Source: Eledone cirrhosa | Taxonomy: Eukaryota | Direction: 5' to 3' | Length of the DNA stretch: 64,000 nt | NCBI GenBank assembly: GCA_964016885.1 | Contig: CAXHJY010000614.1 | Location: 1-64,000 of the forward strand | Translations under genes and position numbers: made by a program | The notes under the pieces: model-generated | The model's database searches: none | Told to the model about the DNA's origin: nothing | Seen by the model: only the letters and a program-made list of their open reading frames with translations | In this document: positions 15,315-28,463 of the stretch, in pieces | Layout of the letters: every line of letters begins with the position of its first letter | How positions within the stretch are numbered: position 1 is the first letter of the stretch

Positions 15315-15672
15315 ACTTTGAATAAAAACCGATACATGTTAGGGAGAGCCTTTCAGTTTGGTAAGACAACCTTTCTAGTGCTATTGGCATGAATAATACA
15401 CCAAGTGCACACTCTAAAATGATTGGTGATAGGAAGGGCATCCAGCCAGTAAAATCTTGCCAATACTATGCAATGTACAACACAAAGCTCTTACTAACTG
15501 CTTATAAAGGACTAACACTAATCATTAGTGCTGGGCACAGTAATTGGGAGGCTGACTTAGCCATGTGTGAAATTAGGGAAAAGTATTTTCGAAATTACAC
15601 TGGTGCACTTAACATCACTGATACTCAAAAATAAAGAGACCTGGAAATGCTATTATGAGAGGTTAATGAATC

Positions 15673-15990
15673 ACATGGCTTAGTGGTTAGAGCATTGGCC
15701 TCGCAATCGAAAGGTTGTGAGTTCAATTCTCAGACCAGGTGATGTGTTGTTTCCTTGAGCAAGACACTTTATTTCACATTGGTCCAGTTTACTCAGCTGT
15801 AGAAATGAGATGATAGGGACTGGGGTCCATATCATTCCACTGCAAAGTGGTCGTGGAGGTGCCACGGCAAAAAAGCACCCAGCACTCACTGTAAATGAGG
15901 TTGGTGTTAGGAAGGACATCCAGCTGTAGAAACCAAGCCAAAATCAGTTCCCGTCCAACCCTTGCAAGCAGGGAAAAAGCGGACTCTAAA
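15673..15990 (+). mobile_element. tRNA-derived CORE-type SINE with RTE-derived 3' tail
   Basis: A box tggcttagtgg, B box gttcaattc, CORE-like ccttgagcaagacactt, then the RTE 3' UTR motif ggtgttaggaaggacatccagctgtag. Confidence 0.85.
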
Positions 15991-16029
15991 AGAGAAAAAG
16001 AGAAGAATGAATGGAAGGAAGACCACCCT

Positions 16030-17640
16030 CATCTGACCCAACAAAGGGTCCAGCTATTGGAATCATCAGTTATAGTGTCAATGAAGCAATCTAGGAGAAA
16101 TGGTTAAGCTGTAGGACCATCTGAGGTAGTCACTGAGATGCTGAAAGTATATGGGGAAGTATTTAATGAGTCACATACACAGTCAATCAGAAATACAAGA
16201 TGACGTCATAACCAATGACAAATCGTTATAAGGGAAAAGGTGATGTTATAGAAAAGAACAACTACAGGGGAATAAAACGAATGGATGACATTATGAAAAT
16301 GACAGAAAGAGTTCTAATACAACTAATTAGGAAAGAGTGAAATTAGATGAGATGCAATTTTGGTTTCATGCCAGGGAGGAGCACCACAGATGCCCTCATT
16401 TTAGTAAGACAAATACAAGATAAGTTCTTAGCTAAAAGAAATCCTCTATATATAGTTTTTGTTGATCTAGAGAAAGCCTTTAACAGAGTACTCCAATCAG
16501 TCATCTAGCAAGCCTTAAGGAAATTAGGTGAAGAGTGGCTTGTAAGGGCAGTGCAGGCCATGTACAGAGGAGCTGTAAGTAAAGCGAGACATTCAAGGTA
16601 TAGGTAGAAGTGTATCAAGGTTCAGTTCTTAGCCCACTTGTTTATTCTAGTACTATAGGCCATAACAGAGGAGTTTAAGACTGGTTGCCCATAGGAACTT
16701 CTGTGGAAGAACTAGAGAATAAATTCCTGCTATGGAAATAGAACTTAGAATCAAAAGGGCTTAAAAGTAAATTTAACAAAAACTAAAATGTTAATAAGTA
16801 GTAAAGAAGACAAGATACTAATCTCATCAGGGAAGTGACCTTGCTCAATAGAAAAAAAGTAGGCATAAACTATGTGATGTACACAATACAAATCTTGGGT
16901 ACACAAGAGATGTAGTGGGATAATAGGCAGACTAATAGGAAAGGAAGACTTCGCAAGAAGTAGATATTCAGTGACAATTGATAGTAAGTGTGCCAATAAT
17001 AATAATCAAATAATAAATAATTGTTTCTACTTTAGGCACAAGGCCAGCAATTACCTAGTACATTACTGGTACAATAATATAAGCTTTTTCCAATTCCAGA
17101 AAGGATCTATAGAAATCGTTGATAGCTTAGGTGACATAATTAGCAGAGGGAGGGTGCTTGGAAAGCATAGTAGCTAGAATAAGGACAGGATGAAAGAAGT
17201 TTAGGGAACTGCTAACCTGGCTAAAAACAAACGTATTCTACTTATGAACAAAAGGTCGGTTGTATGACGCCTGTGTGCATAGTGTCATGCTGTATGGTAG
17301 TGAGACATGTGGAGGATGGAGAGATATGAGTTAAGCATGCTTTGATTGATGTGCAATGTCAATGTGAGAAAACGACAAGGCACGGATGAATTGAGAGAGA
17401 AACTGGGTATAAGAGGAATCAGATGTAGTGTTCAAGAGAGGAGACTGTGCTGGTAAGGTCATATGATGCGCATGAATGTTGATCACTGGGTGAAGAAGTG
17501 CCAAGTAATCCCAGTGGAAGGAAGCTGCAGTAGATGAAGACCTGGATGGAAGTAGTGAAAGCTGATGTCAGATAGCTAAAGCTCGAGGTGATGATAAAAG
17601 AGCGCGACAAGCATGGCACGGAAGTATGATGATGATGATA
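16030..17640 (+). mobile_element. Decayed RTE LINE (RT to 3' end)
   Basis: Remnants of QFGFMPGRSTTDA, FVDLEKAF, QGSVLSP and LYGSET motifs; (GAT)n tail. Confidence 0.9.
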
Positions 17641-18535
17641 TATATACATATACACATATGTATATATATATATATATATATACACACACATAAACATGTA
17701 AATGTACATAAAGTCACCAGATTTACTTTGAGTGTTGACCATCTGGTCAAGCTCTCGAACTGGAAAAATGGGCACTACATATACACACATATGTGTGTGT
17801 GTGCGTATATAAATATATATATGCGTGGAATCAGGCGACAACACCTTGCTCCAACGCCGACAAGCCCCAAACTACAATTACGTCATAATATGAAACAGTA
17901 CAGCTGCTGCTGTTAAACACTAGTCCAGAACCCAGAGTATTAACAAAATCATAGTTACTAAACAAATAGAAGTAATTTTATTTTGTTTTAGCTGTGCCAA
18001 TATTGGTATTTTATTTTGTTTGGTGGGTTATCTAAATAAAAATATTTAAATGAATAACAAATAAAATAAACAGGGGTGTCTAGGGAAGTAGCATTTCAGC
18101 GAGATTTCATTATTAATATTATAGAGCTTTGTTTAGCATAAGCTTAAGTTAGATTGTAATTTATCATTAACATTACTTTTTTTCTAATGATAGTACATCC
18201 TCAATACACACAAAAATAATAATTATCAATGCCAAAAGAAAAAAATATGATTTAGTCAACATAGTTACACAGGCACGAGATTTAATTATTTTTGTTTTTG
18301 TAATCTCACTCGTTTACGAGAGTATAAAAAAAAATCAGGTGTGGTTTTTTATTAATATATATTTGAATATTAATCGATTTTTTTCTTTTGATCAATAAAA
18401 TTTGTTTAACGTCGTAATTAAATAATAATGAAATTATTATAAATTCTGTAGAGACTATATAGTAATGAAAGGAAAAAAATAAAAATCTTACTATTATTTC
18501 TTAAGTCCTTTGAAACACGTCTACGACAGTGGGGA

Positions 18536-18580
18536 TGTGCGCATGCTCTATGACATGTAAGGTCGTTGCTAAGGTCACGA
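18536..18580 (+). promoter_or_regulatory. Putative promoter with RFX X-box-like GTTGCTAAGGTCAC and NRF1-like TGCGCATGC
   Basis: X-box-like motif at 18565-18578 and tgcgcatgc at 18538-18546, ~90 bp upstream of an ATG-to-GTAAGT exon. Confidence 0.5.
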
Positions 18581-18665
18581 AAGACACGCTTCCTGCGTTC
18601 ACCAATTTAGTTGATTGAAGATAAAGTGCAGATATAGACACAGACAACTACAAACAAAGAGAGAA

Positions 18666-18785
18666 ATGTGTGAAAAAAATATCGAACCCAGCACAACACA
18701 ACAGGCTTCTCATTCAGATGAGGGTTTGATCTGTGATAATCGCGGGCTGAATAAAGACAACAGTTCAAAGCCGTCGTTCAACTAT
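18666..18785 (+). CDS. Candidate first coding exon (MCEKNIEPSTTQQASHSDEGLICDNRGLNKDNSSKPSFNY)
   Basis: ATG at 18666, open frame, GTAAGT donor at 18786 in phase 0. Which gene it belongs to is not established. Confidence 0.45.
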
Positions 18786-19099
18786 GTAAGTATGATGGAT
18801 GTAAACATGGCACAAACCAACACATTGTGTGAGGAAAATATATATTGGAGAGTGAAATTTGGGGAAGATTTGACTGCTATTTTTAGCCGGTCGAACGACA
18901 ACGTAAAGCCTTTCACGGAAAGTTGTTTAACCCCAGGTTGTTCATGATTAAGCAGACGTATGATAAAACACGCTCCAGCCATGACCATTCTGTATTATCC
19001 AACACTACATCATACAACATAGTTTTAGACAATCTTTATATATATATAATAAATTTGAGCATTTAATCATTACAAAATAATGAATAACACAGATATATA

Positions 19100-19315
19100 T
19101 GTTTACTCAGCTGTAGAAATGAGATGATAGGGACTGGGGTCCATATCATTCCACTGCAAAGTGGTCGTGGAAGTGCCACGCAAAAAAGCACCCAGCACTC
19201 ACTGTAAATGAGATTGGTGTTAGGAAGGGCATCCAGCTGTAGAAATCAAGCCAAAATCAGTTTCCATCCCACCCTTGCAAGCAGGTAAAAAGCGGATGTA
19301 AAATGAAATGATGAT
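19100..19315 (+). mobile_element. 5'-truncated copy of the CORE-SINE/RTE-tail element
   Basis: Matches 15787-15990. Confidence 0.85.
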
Positions 19316-19494
19316 ATATATCTAATGGATAGATTGATTGACAGACAAATAGACGATAGTTAGTCACAGTATTGTGATAGAGGTCACAGTAGAGTGTCAG
19401 AGGTTATAGATCAGTGGTGTCAAATGTCACAGCTATAATATAGAAGACATGTGACTGAATCTTGTCATGACACAACCCTTTTGATACTAAACCG

Positions 19495-19970
19495 CCTCTG
19501 GTTCTACATTAAAGCTCCGACGTCTGGCAACTGACTTAGTAGACACCTACAAGATTTTTAACCATCTTTCCAACAACAACCCTGATCACCTTTTTGAATT
19601 CCATGTGTTCAACATCCGTGGATATGCTTACAAACTCAGAAAACATTTTTTCATGCTCAGAGTTGCTGAAGCATGGAACAAACTACCTGCATCAGTTGTT
19701 AGCTGTCGGGCCACTGCATCCTTCAAGACTTCCATGCTTCCCCCTCCATACACATGCACGCATATGTGTGCTTTTGTCTATATCGTGACTCATACATTGT
19801 TCACTTTCCTGACATTTGTACATTATTTTAAGTACTATTAATTACCAGTAATGCACTGGGTAATTGCTGGCCTTGTGCCTAACGTAGAAACAATTATTTT
19901 AAGTACTATACATGCACCTTTGATGAATTGTAGTGCATCTGAACACTGTACATAATAATTTTCATTATTA
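19495..19970 (+). mobile_element. CR1-clade LINE 3' fragment, interrupted by a SINE tail with 17-bp TSD
   Basis: LRRLATDLVDTYK...RGYAYKLRKHFFMLRVAEAWNKLPASVV; attattttaagtactat is duplicated around 19840-19892. Confidence 0.8.
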
Positions 19971-19998
19971 AATACAAAACTTTATTTTAAAAGATTTA

Positions 19999-20792
19999 CG
20001 AGATGTGTCAGAAAAGAAACATGACTAGAGTCGCAAAAAACATTTCAAATCCAAATTACAAACTACAAGTTTTCCCCTTCAAATTAATCCCTCTCATGTC
20101 TAAACACACTTTCCTATCCTTTGCCACACCTAGAAGGATTCTCTACAGCTTTGTTGTCATGGCCATCATGATGGCTTCCACATCTGGAAAACGGGTCCCC
20201 TTGATGACCCTCTTCAGCTTGGGGAAAAGTAAAAATCACATGGAGCCAGGTTGGGTAAGTAGGGAGGTTGCTCTAGCACGGCGATGCTCTTCGCCAGATC
20301 TTCCCCATGCACAAATATTCAGTGATAATCTTCCAAACGCTGTTGTGGTTCATGCCTAGCTTATTTGTGATCACTCAACAGTCAGCCGACGATCACCATG
20401 CACTTATCGGTGGCCTCAGTCCTGCTCATTGAAGGGCTTCAGCTCCTAGAACCATCTTCCATATCCTCGCGTCTCTCTTTGAACTTTTTGTGCCACGCAA
20501 AAACCCGTGTGCATGGCATCATCTCATCCTCTATACACTTGCTTCAGTATTCCAAGTGCTTCTGACAGAGTTATTTCCAGCTGCACTAGAAACTTCAGGT
20601 TGGTTCGTTGTTTTGTGTCCATTGCTCGATGGTCTAAAATTGAAGAGCTGTTAACAAAAACCCATGAAAAAACATAGAATGGCTGCAGAAAACAGATTAT
20701 AGTCATATAATATTACGTCACATGGTAACGCAACCTGCTAATCCCTACCCCACTCAGTACACTAAGTCCTGTTACTTTTTTGACACATCTCA
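19999..20792 (-). mobile_element. Internally deleted mariner transposon
   Basis: TIRs cgagatgtgtcagaaaagaaacatgact / agtcctgttactttttgacacatctca, TA on both sides; MDTKQRTNLKFLVQLEITLSEALGILKQVY resembles a mariner transposase N-terminus. Confidence 0.88.
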
Positions 20793-21049
20793 TATATTTA
20801 TCTAAAAACCTTCTGTCATAACTTTATGCAAGAACCTTTGTTAAGTTATGTTCCAAACAGCAATTTAATATTGCAAAAGTTAGTTATATTAAATCCCATC
20901 AAATTCTTGATTTTTTCAAAATTATTTGAAAATTATAGGCAGGTTAACTATCATTCAAGCTAACCATAAATAGACTGTGGTACAAGGGGGAAATATGTAG
21001 CTCACCTACTTTGCAGGTCGTTTCACTGGTTTATCTTCTCCAGAATGAG

Positions 21050-22830
21050 GTATATCCGTGTCTGTAAGCGCCCAGCCTGACTCTACACTCTGACTAGAAA
21101 ATATAACCACATGTCCCCTATGCACAGAGCAAAAATCACAACCTGCTTCCCCAAATGATTGTTGACAAAAGGGAGAAAGAGTCTTTGATGCTGCTACTGC
21201 TTCCTATTACGTCTCACCATCACGGCCTTCTCCTTCCAGCAAACCCCTCCGGCTTCATGATATCACTTACTTATGGCAAGGCCCCCAGCCCTATATAAAC
21301 CCCTGATCTCATAGATCACCCCATATGAAACTCTGCCATCCATCCAGGAGCATGACACTCCTGCTGTGACCTGTGCAGAGCTGGGGAACTGCTTGCATAC
21401 TTTCCTTCTTCATTGTCATCTATCAAATCGATGATCCTGTGGATGTTCAAGACATGATGCAGTGTTCCATCATGGACACTTTGCTTCAGGAATATGCCAT
21501 GCACATTTGGTGACTTGACCCAAACTGTTTGAATGCAGGCCCTCTCCCTTCCACAGATTGCTGTGGTACTGTACATGAATGTTGCCATTCATATTTAAAT
21601 ATTGCTCTGTGTGGTACTGACTCCTTGCCTTAATCTGACCGAGGTGACATATTATATTAAGAGACTGCTCCTATTGGTGATATATGTCCCCTCTCTTACA
21701 TGACCCTGATCATGTGATGGTGTCTCTCCAATTCCACTTGGCTTATACACTACTCTGAAGAAGCGGTTCACATTCCACTTTTCAAGCATTTCCTTCGGTG
21801 CCTCTGAGTGAAATGCAGTGCCATTGTTCATCAGCAGCTCATCCACAGAGCCCTGATCCATGAATATTTCATTTAGTATTCATGTAATTTCATCTGCAGT
21901 CTGTTTTTATTTCCTTCTATATTGCCATCCACCCCGGTCTGCAGTTGACCATTGAGAGACAGGTGCCTTGTCAGTAGTGCATCACATCCACTGCCAGTTA
22001 TTCCCAGTTGTGTTTCCTTGGATTGTTTCCCATCTCACAACCGGTGCGGAGTTGATAGACTGACACCTATCACGACTCCCAACCACTTTCTGCATACTCT
22101 GTCTGGAAACATCAGTCAACTTTCCTGGCTAGGAACAGGGTCCTATCCACTCCCATATGATGATTGGTATGCAGATTCTTTAGCTCCAAGTCACTCAGCC
22201 GACACATAGCACAGCTACCCCAACTCCAAATCTTCTGACACTTCCAATCAGGCTTTCTTCACCCTGGTTAGAACTGTATTCTTTTTTGAGGGTACAAAGA
22301 CTATGTTTAGCTTCAAGCTGAACTCAGTGGTTAGCTCTCTCAGAATTACCAAGTGGCGCTTTATTAACATCTCTGTAGCCCCTTTGTTCATACTCTCCTT
22401 CATCGGTGATTACTGATCTTATCCATCTAAGTAAAGTGGCTGAATTGGTTTAGATTTTGATGGTAGGCAGCCTTCAATCAGGGCCAGATTTACTCCATTC
22501 ATCACAGTGTCCAATTTGGCCACATTCATGTAGCTGCAGTCATTATCCTTACTGAGCCAGGCTGCATCCTCCACCATGACCCCCTAAGTATCCAGCCTGA
22601 CTCTACCCGCTGGCCAGAAAATATAACCACATGTCCCCTACACACAGTGCTAAAACCACAACCTGCTTCCTTAAAAGATTGTTGACAAAAGTGAGAAAGA
22701 GCCTGTGTTGCTGCAGCTGCTTTCTGCTTCCCCTTACATGACATCACCACACCCTTCTCCTTCCAGCAAGGCCCTCCAGCTCTGTGATGTCACTGACCCT
22801 TATACTTCCAGCAAGGCCTTCCCAGCTCCA
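21050..22830 (-). mobile_element. Decayed Gypsy-type LTR retrotransposon (integrase remnant between two LTR-like repeats)
   Basis: DELLMNNGTAFHSE...WNVNRFFRVVYKPSGIG matches the integrase core; direct repeats at ~21070-21270 and ~22590-22800. Confidence 0.75.
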
Positions 22831-23440
22831 CATAGACCACATGCAAAGGTTAGGACAATGTGGTGTGTGCAGTGGAAACACTGTATGACTGACAAGTCCT
22901 TGAATTATTAAGTGGTTAATTTTGTATAGAAGTCACATTGCTCAGGTGATACATATGCAAATATATGCAGGTCTTTGAGTTCCATCATAAATGATACAAG
23001 GAGGAGTAAGTGTGTGTGTTTGTATATGAATGTATATGAGTATGTGTATATATATAATCTAAGATGGTTAATCAGAGGATCTAACTGCACTGTTGATATA
23101 ATAAAAACATTTTTATAACACAACTCGTCCCTTGGAGTGAGTGCGTTATCAACTTAAAGGATAATTATTATGTAATTCAACTAAATTGTAAAGTGCTGGA
23201 ACATATGAAATGGAGATGTATGTCCCTTGCATGTGTGAGGAGTCAGTAGTTCTGATTAAATACTGACTTAGTCTGTGATGACCCATCCAACCCATGTCTC
23301 CGTGGAAAGAATGGAGCTTAAATGATGGTGATGAAGTTGATATATATAGAGAGAGAGCAGGATTTTACCTGTTTTAAACTAAGAAGACCATTATTCAGCA
23401 GAGTACTCAATACTTGGGACAGTAGAGTGTAAATATATAT

Positions 23441-23533
23441 CGGGGCCTGACAGCTGAGATCTTGCTGTTTCAACAGCAAATTCCAGTCTAGAATTTGCTG
23501 TCGGAATGGCAAGAGCTCAGTCATCAGGCTCTG
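23441..23533. repeat. Imperfect fold-back hairpin element, same family as 58804-58925
   Basis: cctgacagctgagatcttgctgtttcaacagcaaattc / gaatttgctgtcggaatggcaagagctcagtcatcagg. Confidence 0.75.
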
Positions 23534-23551
23534 ACTCTCTAATATATATAT

Positions 23552-24090
23552 ATCATCATCATCATCATCGTCATCATTTAACGTCCATCTTCCACACTTG
23601 CATGGGTTTGGACGGGAATTTTCCCACTTGAGGCAAGATTGGTTGTCTCGCTCGCATAGGACTGTCTGCCGGGTTTTCTACGGCTGGATGCCCTTCCTAA
23701 CACCAACCACGTTTACAGTGTGGACTGGGTGGTTTTTACCGTGTTACCTACACGGCCACATTACAGCGTGGACTGTGTGTTTTTTTGTCATGACACCTAC
23801 ACGACCTCATTTATTTCGGACTGGATGTTGTGGTACCAACATAACTTTACATCGAAAGGGGTGGTGTGGATGGGGTGGGGGTAGTGGGACGGGTGTGTAA
23901 TTTTGTTAAGAGGTGCCTACTGACTGTAGGTTTCGCTTTGTACTTAGGCAAGGCGGGTCTTCTCTATTACTGTGTAGCGCCAAAGATCTCGGTCCAGTGA
24001 CATTGTCTTGGAGAGGTGTAAGTGTGTGAGGTCTGAATTTATCAAGTCGTCCCAGGTTTTTCTGGGTCTGCCTACTCCGTGGCTACTGTC
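23552..24090 (-). mobile_element. 5'-truncated RTE copy
   Basis: Encodes HGVGRPRKTWDDLINSDL; shared 3' UTR and (GAT)n tail. Confidence 0.9.
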
Positions 24091-24144
24091 TCTGTCTCTC
24101 TCTATATATATATAGTTATGTAATAAACAACATAAGATAATTAT

Positions 24145-24205
24145 TTCATTTACCAGTGGTTTCTTGAAGGCAGATGTTATGTCTGTCTTCAGTCGTCAGA
24201 ATGAA
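24145..24205 (-). ncRNA. Type I hammerhead ribozyme (family A)
   Basis: Minus strand: ttcatt CTGACGA ctgaagacagac-ataac-atctgccttcaa GAAA cc-act-gg TA aatgaa; all three stems pair. Confidence 0.85.
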
Positions 24206-24298
24206 TAAATAACATCTTAGATGTTATTTATTCATTCTGACGACTGAAGATAAGGTATGATTTTCATGGGTATGTCTCTATTTATAAAACAAACCTTG

Positions 24299-24362
24299 TA
24301 TTTTATCTGATGAAAGCGTACCAATGTTGTATTGGTACCCTTGAAATATATATAATAAAATA
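24299..24362 (+). ncRNA. Minimal type I hammerhead ribozyme (family B, PLE-type)
   Basis: tattttat CTGATGA aagcgtaccaat-gttgt-attggtaccctt GAAA tatata TA ataaaata; palindromic stem III. Confidence 0.87.
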
Positions 24363-24464
24363 AATATGGTTTTATAAATATAGTTTCCATTTATTTAATA
24401 TCATTGTATATATATATATATATATAGCATGGAAGGTGGATGTTAAATGGCGATGATGATGATG

Positions 24465-24505
<41 letters not shown>

Positions 24506-25111
24506 CTGTATGTGTCAGTGTTTTGGGTGTGTAATGACTATTAGAATGTTTGCATAAGTTAAACGGCAACTGCTCCACCCTACTCCCACCAAACTACCTA
24601 ATATATATTTCACCCTTTCCCCCACTTTCACTCTCTTCCAATTATTCTCACTCACAACCCCTTCCCCTATTTCTCTCTCCTCTTACCTCTCTCAGTACTA
24701 CTCATCAAAGATCTGTCTAGAAGTTGTCAGTCTTTGAAATGTGCAGTAGGTGACCATGGACTTGTTTGTTATTAATGAGCCAGTCTTTATTAAAAGTTTT
24801 TACCTATGATTCCTTATTACCCTGTTGTTTAATTAGATATTTAAAGCTAATGATTATGTGTCAGTCACAAATACATTATTAAGATTATGTACTTGTAGAT
24901 ATATATGTGTGCAGGAAAAAAATGGACATGAAATGATGATGAGTATGGGATATATATGTGTGTTATATATATATATAGTTGCTGGGTGTGTAATGTCCAG
25001 TTACTGATGGTTCACCAGTTTAAGCACTCAATACTATTACATGGATTCATCTATTGAAGTAGACCTCATCCCTGTGTCTCACCAGTTTTGCTATCTGTAA
25101 CAAGCATAGTT

Positions 25112-25222
25112 TAATAATTGTTTCTACTTTTGGCACAGGGCCAGCAATTACTCCAGTGCATTACTGGTACTTTATTTTATCGACCCCCGTAAGGATGAAA
25201 GGCAAAGTTAACCTCAGCAGAT
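25112..25222 (-). mobile_element. Meta-type SINE fragment
   Basis: Reverse complement contains tttgcctttcatccttacgggggtcgataaaataaagtaccag. Confidence 0.8.
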
Positions 25223-25729
25223 TTAATAATTATAATAAGTAGGTGGGAATGATGTATCAATTTAGCATTATGCACATATTTTATTCAGCTTGTACTGGAA
25301 GGTTGTTATGTCCTTGACACAACTAAAGGGTCAAAGGGTCCTCTTAACCTTTTTAGATATGCTTTCTACAGCGAGGTGCCCTTCCTGTCACCAATCACCC
25401 TTACGGAATGTACTGGGTGCATTTTTGTGCCACCATCACTAGAGAGGTTGTTGGTCACAGACCTAACTACAGAACTCTCTCAGCTGTGGGAGGAGGGAGA
25501 AGAGATAGGTATGGTTATAGGTGTATGTGGGAATTTGGCAGGGCAATGAGTAAAGGGTAGGGGTAGCTTATTAGTGTATGGGGAGAAGGAGATGTAGTGG
25601 TGTGAGGGATGTAGTCAATTGGTTGGGAGGCATGATGGAGTGATAGGTAGGAGGGGTAAGGGTTAAGTAATGGGTAGGGATAGTTGATTAGTGTATGCTT
25701 CTGACTGGGTCTTCAACATCACAGATTCA

Positions 25730-26760
25730 GCTTGAGGACTAAGTCATCAGCATATAAGAGCTTCCACAGAGTGCCAGTTTTAAACTCTTCAGTCATGGCT
25801 TAAAGGACAAGAATAAACAGGAGTGGACTGAGACCTGATTTCTGGTGGATGCCCACCTGCACTTTAAATTCATCACTGTACTCGCTTCCAACCGCCACAC
25901 AGCTGGTTGCTCCTTTTTTCATGGTCTGCATGGTCCTCACAAGCCATTCACCTACACTTAGCTTCTTAAGTGCCCACCAGATTACAGAGTGGGAGACCCT
26001 GTCAAAGGCCTTCTCCATATCCACAAATACAGTGGCTTACTCTTAGCTAAGTACCTCTACTGTAGTTGTCTCACCAGAAAGGCATCAGCAGTACTTGTCT
26101 GGCATAAATTCAAATTGCATCACATTTAACTTGATTCTGTCCCTAATTAGTTGTGCTATAAACTTTTCAGCAACTTTCATGACCTCAACTTGATACCTCT
26201 TTAGTTAATTCTCCCTAGTGCATCTCCTTTGCAATTTACAATGATACTGCTGCACCAGTCATTCCTGTACAACTTGATTAACTATGCATCTGACTAGCTC
26301 ATATCCTACCGTGCCAGATGCTTTTAGCATCTCAGCATCTATACCAGATGGTTCAGCTGTGTTCCCAACCTTCATGTCCTTAATTGCTTTATCTATCACA
26401 CTGCTTTCAATTTTTATAGCTGGTCCCTCAGTTGGGTCTACATGGGGTTGTCTCTTGCTGTCCCATTTATTCTCTCTTTATTCTGCAATCTCTCATAAGA
26501 GTCCATGTTTCCTTCTTTTTAGCATCAGACGGCAAATGCTCCAATATCATTTTGAACGCACTTTTCTCCAACCACATCACGATTTTCTCTAGCATACTGT
26601 CTCACAATTGAAACACTTCGCACCTCTGATCTTCATGACACAGAACATGAGCAAATTTCTTCTTTTCTGCCCCTGCCAGGTGTATCTGGTACCTGGTCTC
26701 TCTTCTAGCTATTTTGTACTTTTCCCTGTCTCCCTCTTTCCTCCAGGCTTTTTGTTTTTA
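25730..26760 (-). mobile_element. Decayed RTE LINE, RT region
   Basis: DMEKAFDRVSHSVIWWALKKL...VGIHQKSGLSPLLFILVL. Confidence 0.9.
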
Positions 26761-27182
26761 TGGCTCTATCTACCTTATCATTCCATCACTACAACACCCA
26801 GTTAACTTATTGGCTGTCACTTTCCTTCAAATTACACTCTCAAATGAAATAATGGAGACAGTGTAAATTGGAGCAGACACTTTTGCCATGTACAGACAAG
26901 GCAATTTTCTTTTTTTCTTTTGTGTTGGCATCACAAAAAAATGCACCCAGTACACTCTATAAAGTGGTTGGTGTTAGGAAGGGTGCCATCTAGCCATAGA
27001 AACCATACCAAGAATTGGAATATTTGAGCAAAACATGATCTTAAGATATCTAGAAAGGCAAAATCTCCAAATAAGAGCTGCATTGAACTGTAATACTCTG
27101 TCCAACCCATGACAACATGGACAGAGGATGTAAAGTGATGATGATGATAATGATTGTGACTCATGTTATAAATTGCAACTAG

Positions 27183-27470
27183 TGAAGACATGTGGCTAAA
27201 TAGTTAAGGAGTTTAACTCAGGAATGTAAAATTGTGAGTTTAATTTCTGGTGGCTCATTGTATCGTTGAGCAAGACACTTTATTTCAAGTTACACCAGTT
27301 TACTCATCTGACAAAAATGAATTGTACCAGTAATTCTTATACCAGCTTTGTCTTATTCTGTGTCATGCTGAATCTCCCTAAGAATTGTGATAAAGGTACA
27401 CATGTCTGAACAGGCTGTTCCATTTATCAAATAACTGGAACACTAATTGTCATCATAACCAATAGAGGTC
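27183..27470 (+). mobile_element. Degenerate CORE-type SINE
   Basis: tRNA-like head plus ttgagcaagacactttattt core. Confidence 0.65.
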
Positions 27471-28290
27471 CAAAACACACACACACACACACACACACAC
27501 GGTTGCTGGAAGCTAGCCAAAGACATCAGACTAACAAGAATAAAAGGAAATAGATCAGTGTAAATATGATTTCAGAATGAAGTTTCTTTGGTTGTTTTGT
27601 TGTGTTTGAGTGAGTGGAAGTTTGGTTTGTTAGTGCTAGCTGTCCAGATGTGTTGATAGCAAACTAGCTTCATTGCTATTTTTACATCTTTACAAGTGAA
27701 ATATAAATATTCTCAAAACTTACCACCGTTGAAATTAACTCACAAATGACAACACAACAGACAGACTTGTTCTAACTTGTCCTCTCCATGTGTCTTTTGA
27801 AAACATTTTACTCTGGCTACTTTAGAAAAGTCAACAGCAATTGCTGCTGCTGTTGTTCTGGTTCTGGTTTATGCCCATGTCAAATCTAACTGACCAGATC
27901 TATGATCAGACATATTGCAACTATGATCATCCTGTCTTTTCATTCCAGACATTGTATTTTAAGTACTGCATCATCCAATGTGTCCTTCACCTTTTCAGAA
28001 AGTAGGGTGTGATTTGACTTCTACTTCCACAGGTCAAGAAACCAATACTGATGTATCTGTTGCTTACCATACAGTAGAGAGATACTAGAAGCAATCTCAC
28101 CTGTACTGTTTATCAAGGTTGCATTAAAGTTGCATGGGGCTCCTGACTGAATATTTCATTGAGTAAAATATATTATTTATGGTAGCAAAAAAATTAATTT
28201 GGGACCCTTTAAACATTGGCAACAGCCTGGTCACCCTCCCACAACTCCCCCCACTGATTTTTCACTGCTAACTGTGGTTGAGCTCTTTAA

Positions 28291-28463
28291 CCCTTTAGCA
28301 TTTAAACTGGCCGTTTTCAGCCAGATCAGCCACTCATACTGATGTTATGGTATTGTTCTCAAAGTATAAAATATCAAAATCTCATAGATTCAATATTATG
28401 TGAGGTTAAGCCTTTACCATGAAAATACAATAGTAAGTATAGAGTAATGAAAATGCTAAAAGG
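28291..28463. mobile_element. piggyBac-type MITE
   Basis: TTAA|ccctttagcattt...aaatgctaaaagg|TTAA; the neighbouring tandem unit (gagctctttaaatattgt, ~28540) shows the empty TTAA site. Confidence 0.85.

Noticed and set aside
15673-15745. tRNA gene
   Set aside because: Has A/B boxes but a poor acceptor stem, and continues into SINE core and LINE tail.
24695-24752. Hammerhead-like relic (ctcatca aagatctg...cagtcttt gaaa)
   Set aside because: Two substitutions in the CUGAUGA core. Similar weak relics at ~8634, ~14020, ~23235, ~47033 and ~58610 were also not called.
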